DNA of 62,835 nt from Candidatus Nealsonbacteria bacterium RIFCSPLOWO2_01_FULL_43_32 (GTDB lineage Bacteria; Patescibacteriota; Minisyncoccia; Minisyncoccales; MHMH01): NCBI GenBank assembly GCA_001819335.1, contig MHMH01000021.1, positions 1-62,835 on the forward strand, read 5' to 3'. Below the pieces are notes generated by a model. That model did not search any database and had not been told where the DNA came from. It worked only from the letters and a program-made list of their open reading frames with translations. Position numbers and translations under genes: made by a program. Position 1 is the first letter of the stretch. Each line of letters begins with the position of its first letter. Positions 45,171 through 53,402 of the stretch are shown one piece after another.

Positions 45171-46496
45171 CTAAAGTTTATATTCTTGGTTTCGGGCGTC
45201 GTCGTAAAACATTTTAACAGTTTCCAGCGAATAATCCTTTAAGTCTTTTCCGATTCTGTCCAGTTTTTTTAAGAAACCGGGCAGAACGGTAATAATGTCG
45301 CAATTCGCTTCTTCGGCCTGAAAAATATCAAAGACTTGGCGGGGACTCGCCCATAAAAGTTCTAAATTCTTAAAACCGCGGAGAAATTCTTTAGCCTCTT
45401 TCATAATAGGCACCGGATCTCTGCCGGTATCAGCGATCCTGCCAGCAAAAACCGAAACAATACCCGGGGCGGCTGAAGAAAAAGCGGGGGCAATATGTTT
45501 TACCTGATCCAGATCTAGGATAGCTGTAACGTTTATTTTTATTCCTTGGCTGGAAAGTTCCTTGATCAACTCGAAAGACGATTCGGCTTTAGTGTTTGTG
45601 ATGGGGATTTTGACATAAATATTTTCTCCCAGCCTGTTGATTATTTTAGCTTGCCTCGCCATTTCCGGGAAATCGTCGGAAAAAACTTCAAGAGAAACCG
45701 GTTTATCTTTGATAGCCGCCAGTATTTCTTTGGCGAAGGCTTGATAGTCAATCACTCCAGCCTCTTTCATTAATGAGGGGTTGGTCGTAAAGCCCTTAAC
45801 TAAGGGATTCTGATTAAATTCCAACATAGTTTGCTTATCGGCTCCGTCAGCAAAAATTTTAACCTTTAATTCTCCTATTTTTTTTACCATATTTATTTCT
45901 GATATTTTTTTTCTTAACGCCAAACAAACTAAATGACTTAAGGTAGGGTGAAGGGATTCCACCAGGGGCGTTCCGAAGGGCTCGGAATTAATCGGGACAG
46001 TAATACAAACGTCGCTCATCTCTTTCATTTTACCTCCCTCAAAACCGCTAAAACCGATCACCTTGGCTCCTTTTTCTTTGGCGAAGGCCATCGCTTGGAC
46101 CAGGTTTTGCGACCATGGACCCGCTTCACCTGCTCCCGAGCCTCCATGAACCGAAAAACCGATCAAAACATCTCCTTGACCCAGCCAGTTTTGCAACTGA
46201 CCCTTAAACACGCTGCCCCAGCCGCTGTCATTAGTCCAAGCAGAAACCAAGGGGATGTTGTCAACCAACGAGATGGTTTTTAACCCCTTTTTACCGGGCA
46301 CAATCGTGGATTTGGCCAAATCGCAAGCAAGGTGGGTGGCGGTTGAAGCAGAACCACCACAACCCATAATATAAACAATTCGTTCGTTTTTCCACGCCGT
46401 AAAAAGAAGCTCAACAATTTCGTTGATTTTCTCTTTATCAATCTCTTTGATAATTCTCTCTAGTTCGGAGAAGTAATTTTTTATAACCTCATCCAT
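45171..46496 (-). CDS. Fusion: SIS (GmhA-like isomerase) domain plus transaldolase/Fsa-family domain
   Basis: 441 aa. N-terminal half: IMGCGGSASTATHLACDL. C-terminal half: IFADGAD...GFTTNPSL...VKIPIT...NVTAI...SVFAGRIADTGRD. Confidence 0.8.
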   Translation of the reverse strand: MDEVIKNYFSELERIIKEIDKEKINEIVELLFTAWKNERIVYIMGCGGSASTATHLACDLAKSTIVPGKKGLKTISLVDNIPLVSAWTNDSGWGSVFKGQLQNWLGQGDVLIGFSVHGGSGAGEAGPWSQNLVQAMAFAKEKGAKVIGFSGFEGGKMKEMSDVCITVPINSEPFGTPLVESLHPTLSHLVCLALRKKISEINMVKKIGELKVKIFADGADKQTMLEFNQNPLVKGFTTNPSLMKEAGVIDYQAFAKEILAAIKDKPVSLEVFSDDFPEMARQAKIINRLGENIYVKIPITNTKAESSFELIKELSSQGIKINVTAILDLDQVKHIAPAFSSAAPGIVSVFAGRIADTGRDPVPIMKEAKEFLRGFKNLELLWASPRQVFDIFQAEEANCDIITVLPGFLKKLDRIGKDLKDYSLETVKMFYDDARNQEYKL

Positions 46497-46516
46497 AATA
46501 TATTACAATACAACAT

Positions 46517-47488
46517 TTAAATAAAATTGGCAATAACCTTTATGCCGTCAAAATCGAAACGAAAATACTCTCCTCTTAGCCCTTCGGCCGCCATCGCCTT
46601 TTTTAAATCCTCCTTTTTATCTTCACAATAAAAAACAAAGAAGCCTCCGCCGCCAGCCCCCATCAATTTGCCACCCATGGCCCCAGCCTTTTTGGCTATT
46701 TCATACCAGCGATTAATTTGGGAATTTGAGGTGCCGTCCCTTTCCATTTTTTTCTGCCAATGAAGGTCTAATAATTTCCCGAATTCCGAAAAATTATTTT
46801 GGGCTAAAGCTATTTTGATATCCTGGCCTATTTTCCTGACCTGATGGAGATTATCAATGGCTTGAGCTTGAGTTTTTAATACTGGACCGGACTCCCTTCT
46901 GATGCCGGTATAAAACATTAAAAGATTGTTCTCTAATTTTCTGACGATTTCCGGAGAAAAGATTTGGGGATAGAGCGGTGTTACCGCCACCTCACCGTTT
47001 TTATTTGCCGAAAAAGAGGTAATACCGCCAAAAGCCGCGATATATTCGTCTTGTTTGCCCGACGGTTCTTTAAGTAAATTCATGGCGATGTGGCAGGCCT
47101 GTTCAGCGATTTGTTTTCGGGGTGGAATATCGTTGCTCAAAAAAGCGTGCAGGGCTGTAAGCAGGGCGACCGTAAAGCTTCCCGACGTGCCCAAACCGGT
47201 ATTTGAAGGAACATCGGCAATGGAAACAATCTCGATGCCTCCTTTTATCCCCAATAATTTAAGAGCTTCTCTAACGATAGGGTGTTGGACCTGCTCGGGG
47301 CTTGCTACCTCTTCGGTTTTGGAATAACTTATTCTTAAAGAATCATCGAACCTTTTATTGACGATGATGTAAATATATTTATTAATTGCGGCCGAAATCC
47401 ATTCTCCGCCGAACTGAGAGTAATAAGAGGGCAGGTCGGTACCCCCTCCGCCGATCGGTATTCTTAGTGGCGCTCGAACAATAATCAT
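46517..47488 (-). CDS. hddA: GHMP kinase, D-glycero-alpha-D-manno-heptose-7-phosphate kinase-like
   Basis: 323 aa. RAPLRIPIGGGGTDLPSYY, PSNTGLGTSGS and GAGGGGFF. Confidence 0.8.
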   Translation of the reverse strand: MIIVRAPLRIPIGGGGTDLPSYYSQFGGEWISAAINKYIYIIVNKRFDDSLRISYSKTEEVASPEQVQHPIVREALKLLGIKGGIEIVSIADVPSNTGLGTSGSFTVALLTALHAFLSNDIPPRKQIAEQACHIAMNLLKEPSGKQDEYIAAFGGITSFSANKNGEVAVTPLYPQIFSPEIVRKLENNLLMFYTGIRRESGPVLKTQAQAIDNLHQVRKIGQDIKIALAQNNFSEFGKLLDLHWQKKMERDGTSNSQINRWYEIAKKAGAMGGKLMGAGGGGFFVFYCEDKKEDLKKAMAAEGLRGEYFRFDFDGIKVIANFI

Positions 47489-48396
47489 ATTTTGTTTTTA
47501 ATATAACCCATCTCTTTTAGCAAGTCTCTGATTGATCTTCTGACGGCTTCTTTTGAGATTAATTTTGGCTCCCAGCCTAATTGATTTATCTTTTCAGTAT
47601 TTATCCTGACTTTCGGCACATCGCCTTTCCAACCCCTGGGGCTAGTGCCAAAATGCATTTTCACGTTTTTTAAGCCCATCTCGTTAATTGTTATCTTAGC
47701 GATTGTTTTAACATCAACAAAAGTATCTGACGCTAAATTAAATAAATTAACTTTATCGTTTGATTTTTCAATCGCTAAAATTATGGCATTGATTAAATCG
47801 TCGACGTAAAGATAGGATTTGCTTTGGCTGCCGTCACCGAGAATTTGTAAGTTTTTGGGGTCGTTTTTTAATTTTCTTATAAAATCATAACCTACGCCAT
47901 GGGTCTGGCGGCGGCCCACAATATTGGCTGGCCGGAAAATCCACGACTGCATGCCATACATATTGCAGTAAGCTGAAATCAGGGCTTCAGCCGCTAATTT
48001 ACTGGCGCCATACATTGAAACTGGCAGTAGGGGGCCAAAATTCTCTTTGGTGTATTTTGTTCCTTGGTCCCCGTAAACTCCGCTCCCTGAAGTATAGACA
48101 ATCTTTTTGATATTATTCTGCCTCATTGCTTCTAAAACATTAAAGGTGGTAATAATTCCCTGGTCTAAATCCAACTTCGGGTATTTCTCGCTCTTAGCGA
48201 TGTCGGGATTAGAAGCTAAATGGAAAACAAAATTATGGTTTTTTATCGCTTTTTTAAGTTTTTCGAAATCAAGCAGATCTTCCCCGTTTCTTATATCGTA
48301 TACGGCGATCTGGTTTTGTTTGCCCAACCTTTCGACCAAATTGCTCCCTATAAAACCGGCTCCTCCGGTAATGAAAATTTTCTTTTTATTTAACAT
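47485..48396 (-). CDS. NAD-dependent epimerase/dehydratase
   Basis: 303 aa. ITGGAGFIGSNLV and YGASK. Confidence 0.85.
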   Translation of the reverse strand: MLNKKKIFITGGAGFIGSNLVERLGKQNQIAVYDIRNGEDLLDFEKLKKAIKNHNFVFHLASNPDIAKSEKYPKLDLDQGIITTFNVLEAMRQNNIKKIVYTSGSGVYGDQGTKYTKENFGPLLPVSMYGASKLAAEALISAYCNMYGMQSWIFRPANIVGRRQTHGVGYDFIRKLKNDPKNLQILGDGSQSKSYLYVDDLINAIILAIEKSNDKVNLFNLASDTFVDVKTIAKITINEMGLKNVKMHFGTSPRGWKGDVPKVRINTEKINQLGWEPKLISKEAVRRSIRDLLKEMGYIKNKI

Positions 48397-49102
48397 ATTT
48401 TTCCACCGATATTAAAACTGATGAACACTGCCATTTTAATATGGGCAAACGTTCCATAACCTCGCTTATCCAGACAGCCGGTTTTGTGAAAATAAGCGGG
48501 GTAAATGAGAAAACGGCCAAAAATGGCTTAAGGTGAATCTTTCTTATTTCGGGGTGAGTAAAAAAAGAAATATATTGCCTTGGCGTATAAGATAACTCGT
48601 GAACCATTTTGTATCTGGGAGTTTTTTCAAGTAGTTTCCTGATTAAGCATGAGCCGTTAGCTTCAATTAAAAAAACTTCTTTCTTGGCTACTCTGATCAT
48701 TTCCAAAGCCATTTTGCGGGGATTATAGACATGATGCATGGCGTCAAAACAACAAACAACATCAAAAAAATTATCTTCAAATTCTAATTTCTCAGCATCC
48801 ATCTTAAGCGCCTCAATACCTTTTTCTTTCAACCTTTTAACCCCCTCATCCGATATTTCAGTGGCAACATATTTTCTACAGTTTAATTTTTCCATAATCA
48901 ATTTGGTCAAATAACCATCGCCAGCTCCCACCTCTAAAATGGTGGGGTTTTTATCTCTAAAATATTCGGTAAATAAAGATGCATATTTGGGCACTTTATA
49001 CCTCAAACTGATCTCGCCTTCCCAGATTTGGTGGAAATTATTTCCTCGATAGAATTGATCGTAAGAATCGACCATTCTTTTTTGCCGTTCTGTTTCTACC
49101 AT
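48386..49102 (-). CDS. Class I SAM-dependent methyltransferase
   Basis: 238 aa. ILEVGAGDGYLT motif I and DVVCCFDAMHHV. Confidence 0.8.
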   Translation of the reverse strand: MVETERQKRMVDSYDQFYRGNNFHQIWEGEISLRYKVPKYASLFTEYFRDKNPTILEVGAGDGYLTKLIMEKLNCRKYVATEISDEGVKRLKEKGIEALKMDAEKLEFEDNFFDVVCCFDAMHHVYNPRKMALEMIRVAKKEVFLIEANGSCLIRKLLEKTPRYKMVHELSYTPRQYISFFTHPEIRKIHLKPFLAVFSFTPLIFTKPAVWISEVMERLPILKWQCSSVLISVEKYVK

Positions 49103-49106
49103 ATAT

Positions 49107-50540
49107 TTACCTTAAATTCTGAAAGGCTTTAAAACCTTGTCTTACTTTCAGAAAATATTTGAATCCCTGCAACGGAGGAACGCCCATAAATCTCATCTCT
49201 AAGTAGCTATCGTACATTCGGCTCCTGCCGAACCTCCCGATGGGGAAAAAAGATAAAAATCTGAATAGCGGTTCCAAAAAGGGAAACTTTAGCATGATAT
49301 TAAAAAATGCCGATAATCTGATCATTCTTTCCATATCGGGAGAATGAATCGCCACATCTTCTAATCTGGTGGGATTAAAATTATCTATTTCGGGAGCATG
49401 ATCGATATAATTATTTTCCATCAACCAATCTATGATGGGTTGTTTTTTAGCCATATTATAAAGGGCGGCTCTGACGACATCGCTATTTAATTTTCTGGCA
49501 AAATGCAATGTTGCAAAAGCGTCTTTAATGGTTTCTCCGGGCAGATTTAACATTATGGCAGCAATGTGTTTTATCTTGTATTTTTTAAACAATTTTGAAG
49601 CTTTTTCAAAGTCTTCATTTTTTAAATGCTTGTTTAAAATTTTATTGCGAACGTTTTCGTTATGCGTCTCCAAGCCGTAAGTTACTCCGACGCAACCGGC
49701 TTCATGCATCATTTTTACCACTTCTTCATTAAGCATATTATCCACCCTCACAGTACAAGACCACGGGAGTCCTATTTCTTTGGCGTAACGTTCACAAAAT
49801 TCTTTAAACCACTCTTGGTAAAAATTAAAATTGTCATCGTGGAAATGAATTCTTTTAACCGTAGAAATCTTCTGCACCTCTTTTATTTCCAGAAAAACCC
49901 TATCGACGCTTTTCTTTCTCAAATAATTACCCTTTCCTTTATATACCTCTTTTAAGAACATGGCATTATAGCAAAAACTGCATTGGAATGGGCAGCCATA
50001 TCCGGTAATGAATCTTTTCAGCGGCAAATCTCTGACAATGGGATATTTTAAATACTGAGACCTATCGGGCAAGGGAAGAGAATCCAAATTCTCTATAAGC
50101 GGCCTGATTTCATTCCTGAAAATCTGGCCATCTTTTTTTACCCAGAGGTTCTTAATCTGAGAATAATCCCCTCTATTTTTAAGGGCGTCCAAGAGCTCAA
50201 TCAAAGCCTCCTCCCCGTCTCCTCGGCAGATGATATCAACGCAATCTTCTTTAATGCTTTCCTCCGGGAATAAGGTGACATGCGGCCCGCCAAATACGGT
50301 GAGCGCTCTCATATGCTTTCGAAGATATCTGGCCAGCCCAAAGCTGATATGATGTATGCCCGTACAGACTGAAAAACTAAGCAAGTCGGGGTTGAATTGT
50401 TTAACGCTCTCGATGATATCTTTCTCTTCGGAAATAATAAATAATTTATAATCGTGGTTCTTGGCTTTTAAAGCGCCCATTAAATTAGCCAAACCCAAGG
50501 ATTCATAAAATAAACTGTAATCAAATAAAGCGACTCTCAT
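49107..50540 (-). CDS. B12-binding-domain radical SAM protein (subfamily A)
   Basis: 477 aa. GDGEEAL, NLWVKKDGQIFRNEIR and GYGCPFQCSFCYNA. Confidence 0.9.
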   Translation of the reverse strand: MRVALFDYSLFYESLGLANLMGALKAKNHDYKLFIISEEKDIIESVKQFNPDLLSFSVCTGIHHISFGLARYLRKHMRALTVFGGPHVTLFPEESIKEDCVDIICRGDGEEALIELLDALKNRGDYSQIKNLWVKKDGQIFRNEIRPLIENLDSLPLPDRSQYLKYPIVRDLPLKRFITGYGCPFQCSFCYNAMFLKEVYKGKGNYLRKKSVDRVFLEIKEVQKISTVKRIHFHDDNFNFYQEWFKEFCERYAKEIGLPWSCTVRVDNMLNEEVVKMMHEAGCVGVTYGLETHNENVRNKILNKHLKNEDFEKASKLFKKYKIKHIAAIMLNLPGETIKDAFATLHFARKLNSDVVRAALYNMAKKQPIIDWLMENNYIDHAPEIDNFNPTRLEDVAIHSPDMERMIRLSAFFNIMLKFPFLEPLFRFLSFFPIGRFGRSRMYDSYLEMRFMGVPPLQGFKYFLKVRQGFKAFQNLR

Positions 50541-51592
50541 AAAAATGTCTTCCTATTTTTGAATTTCTTTTCCCTAAAGCTGTTTCCAATGTAATTCAGT
50601 ACTGTTTTAAAATCTCCACTCAAGATCATATTGTAATCATTGAATGATGTAAAAGAATAACAGCTTTGGCATTGATGGCTTAGGGTATTTTCAAACGCTT
50701 TCTTAAATCCCACTTCCATAAAATTTAATGGCGCAAACATGGGATTGCTTACCAAAGAAGAACAAGGATAAACCAACCCGTCGTAATCTACGATACACAT
50801 AAATTTTCCAGCATAGCAGGGAATATGGGCGGGGCTCAACTTTTTAATTGCGGTGGTATAAAGCTCTTGATAATCTGGCCACTGGAGTACGTAACGAAGT
50901 GCGTTATAAGACATTGATATGGGATAACCTTGTTTTTTATATTTAATCAGATTATTAAACAAATGTCTGATATCTTGAGAATCCGGCAAAAGGGGAAAAG
51001 CGCCTTGAAGAAAGGGCAGTAAAAACTCTGCCATGCAGCCATATTTCTTTGCCACCTCCAAAACAGATGGAATTGTCTGTATATTATCTTTAGATATCAG
51101 GGTGCTGGTGTGTACCGCCACTCCATTTTCTTTAGCGGCTTTGATGGCTTCAATGACTTTCCTATACGAACCCGCTCCCTTTCTCTTATCATGAATCTCT
51201 TCATTGCCATCTATGCTGATACAGACGGTGGTCAGTTTTTTTACAACATCCATCATATCTTTGACAAGGTGGCCGTTGGTATTCATGTTGGTCAGAATAC
51301 GATTCTTTCTCATGTGGCCCACAATCTTTCCGATGTCTTTTCTAACCAACGGCTCGCCGCCGCCAATATTAATTCTTTTCGTACCCAAACTTTTTAATTC
51401 ATTGACCAGGTCAATCCATTTTTCGGTAGGTATGTCTTGAGCTATTTGTTTTTTCGGATAAGAGCCGTAGCAATACTCACATTTAAGATTGCACCTATTG
51501 GTTATATTTATGTGGGCAACCAGCGGCTTAGGCTTTGAGTATCGGGATAATAATAAACTTTCCATGAATAGCGCTTTGTCTATGAATTCCAT
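50537..51592 (-). CDS. Radical SAM protein with SPASM/twitch-like C-terminus
   Basis: 351 aa. TNRCNLKCEYCYGS, GGEPLVRKD, ISIDGNEEIHDK, and C-terminal CYAGKFMC...PCSS...CQSC. Confidence 0.85.
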   Translation of the reverse strand: MEFIDKALFMESLLLSRYSKPKPLVAHINITNRCNLKCEYCYGSYPKKQIAQDIPTEKWIDLVNELKSLGTKRINIGGGEPLVRKDIGKIVGHMRKNRILTNMNTNGHLVKDMMDVVKKLTTVCISIDGNEEIHDKRKGAGSYRKVIEAIKAAKENGVAVHTSTLISKDNIQTIPSVLEVAKKYGCMAEFLLPFLQGAFPLLPDSQDIRHLFNNLIKYKKQGYPISMSYNALRYVLQWPDYQELYTTAIKKLSPAHIPCYAGKFMCIVDYDGLVYPCSSLVSNPMFAPLNFMEVGFKKAFENTLSHQCQSCYSFTSFNDYNMILSGDFKTVLNYIGNSFREKKFKNRKTFL

Positions 51593-53100
51593 ATTTTTTG
51601 TTTAAAAACTTTAAACTTTATTATTTTTTTAATCTGGAAAAAATAGTATTTAAGATAGTTGATTGCGGAATAGTCGTGCCTCGCCAAAGATACGTAGTGG
51701 TCGGCCAAAAATATCACAAATTTTCTCGGCAGATACTTAAAATATCTTTGCAGGCTATGATCCAGAATAAAATTAATGACAAACTTCGGAAGAACCGGCA
51801 TTATTCTGAAAAGAATTTGGTAATTTTTAAAAGTATTTTTTAATTTTTCATCTCTCAACGATCCCTGCTCCGTCTGATAAGTAGGCTCGTTGCCCTTTTC
51901 TATGCTTGCTATGTCTTTTTCTCCTATTAAGCCCGCTTTTTGGGCTATTTGCACCATGTCTGTTTTTGGAAAATAAGTCAACCAAAAAACCGTAATTCTA
52001 GAACACGACTTAAGCGTGGCATATATCCTTGCGGCTTCTATTTGCTCTTTCTCGGTTTCGTAAGGAAGCCCGAAAATATGGTCTATAGAATAATTAACCT
52101 TATATTTATCTAGCGCCGCAAAGCAAGCCATAATCTGCTTGTTCGTTTCAAAACGCTTTAAAATTTCGTTTCTTGTTTTTTGATTCATCGATTGTATGCC
52201 CAGCTGCACTCGATGAACTTTGGCTTCTTTTAAAGCCTTGGCGATATCATTATCCATGCATAAAGGATGGCTCAGAATCCTGAAAGGCAGGCCTATTTCT
52301 TGCTTATATCTTTTCAAAAAATCCAAAGTCCATTGCTTACCGACCGTGAATATATTATCCTTAAAATCCACCTCTTTAAACCCATACCTTTCTTTCATGA
52401 TTTTTAATTCTTTGATGATATTGTCGATACTCTTTCTTCTTAAATGCTGGCCCTGGCCTTCGTCAAATTTTCTTAAAAAATTATGCTCACAGTAAGTGCA
52501 ACTATAAGGACATCCCTTTTGCGTGACGGTCAAATAATGATTTTTCATTACCAATTCTTTTTCAAAAAGCTCTTTGTCGTATAGAGGCAGCTTATCTAAA
52601 TCCTGAAGAGGCCTCAATTCATTTTTTATTATTTGCCCGTCTTTTTTAAACCAGATGTTTTTTATGCCATAATCTACTTTTCCTTTCTCAATTGAATTAA
52701 CGAGTTCCAGCAGGGGCTGCTCTCCCTCTCCCAGGCAAACCACATCAACGCAGTCTTCTTTCAAAACCGTTTCCGGGCAGGCGGTTGGGAAAACGCCCCC
52801 AAAAATTACCGGCACATTTATGCTTTTTTTGATTTCCCGAGCCATATAAAGAGCCCACTTAAAATTATCCACAAAAACATTAACTCCGACCAAATCTGGC
52901 TTTGAGTTAATGATTTTTTTTATTAATTCTTTTTTGACATCAAATAATCTGGCTAAAAAGTCGATCTTATAATAAGTTTTATCGTCAAATAATGACGGGT
53001 CATAAGCTAAAGATACATCATGACCCGCTTCCTTTAACACGGCCGAGAGCGCCTCTATGCCCAAATTTTCAGCTCCCATAGCTAAAAAGGTTATTTTCAT
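51580..53100 (-). CDS. B12-binding-domain radical SAM protein (subfamily A)
   Basis: 506 aa. GEGEQPL, NIWFKKDGQIIKNELR and QKGCPYSCTYCEHN. Confidence 0.9.
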   Translation of the reverse strand: MKITFLAMGAENLGIEALSAVLKEAGHDVSLAYDPSLFDDKTYYKIDFLARLFDVKKELIKKIINSKPDLVGVNVFVDNFKWALYMAREIKKSINVPVIFGGVFPTACPETVLKEDCVDVVCLGEGEQPLLELVNSIEKGKVDYGIKNIWFKKDGQIIKNELRPLQDLDKLPLYDKELFEKELVMKNHYLTVTQKGCPYSCTYCEHNFLRKFDEGQGQHLRRKSIDNIIKELKIMKERYGFKEVDFKDNIFTVGKQWTLDFLKRYKQEIGLPFRILSHPLCMDNDIAKALKEAKVHRVQLGIQSMNQKTRNEILKRFETNKQIMACFAALDKYKVNYSIDHIFGLPYETEKEQIEAARIYATLKSCSRITVFWLTYFPKTDMVQIAQKAGLIGEKDIASIEKGNEPTYQTEQGSLRDEKLKNTFKNYQILFRIMPVLPKFVINFILDHSLQRYFKYLPRKFVIFLADHYVSLARHDYSAINYLKYYFFQIKKIIKFKVFKQKIWNS

Positions 53101-53108
53101 ATGGCTTA

Positions 53109-53137
53109 ATATTATGATATTTTGCCGGTTTTGGCAA
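53109..53137 (-). promoter_or_regulatory. Candidate promoter of the 53100-to-38511 transcription unit
   Basis: Minus strand TTGCCA (53137-53132), 17-nt spacer, TAATAT (53114-53109), ATG 8 nt downstream. Overlaps the palindrome TTGCCggttttGGCAA. Confidence 0.35.
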
Positions 53138-53164
53138 ACTTATTATTTATGGACCGGCGCAGGC

Positions 53165-53193
53165 TCGACAAGCTCACGAAAGCGGACTATACT
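53165..53193 (+). promoter_or_regulatory. Candidate promoter of the carbamoyltransferase operon
   Basis: TCGACA (53165-53170), 17-nt spacer, TATACT (53188-53193), ATG at 53207. Confidence 0.5.
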
Positions 53194-53206
53194 TAAAATT
53201 AGTCCT

Positions 53207-53389
53207 ATGTTTTCTGCCGAAGAAAATAAAATATCCAAATTCTCGGTTATTAAAGAGCTCTGCGGTTTTTTAATGATCCGTAAAAAATGGTGGCTGATCC
53301 CGCTGGCGGTTCTTTTGATAATATTTGGCGCGTTGATCGTTTTTGTTGAAGGTTCGGCCTTAGCTCCGTTTATTTACACCATATTCTGA
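53207..53389 (+). CDS. DUF5989 / SxtK-like small membrane protein
   Basis: 60 aa. IKELCGFLMIRKKWWLIPLAVLLIIFGALIVFVEGSALAPFIYTIF is the family pattern. The track ORF from 53057 runs through the divergent promoter region. Confidence 0.75.
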   Translation: MFSAEENKISKFSVIKELCGFLMIRKKWWLIPLAVLLIIFGALIVFVEGSALAPFIYTIF

Positions 53390-53402
53390 AATAACGACCT
53401 CC

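Noticed and set aside
53057-53206. N-terminal 50 codons of the track ORF 53057-53389
   Set aside because: This extension overlaps the start of the divergent gene and spans the promoter region. The DUF5989 family is only about 55-60 aa long, and the ATG at 53207 follows a TCGACA/TATACT promoter candidate.
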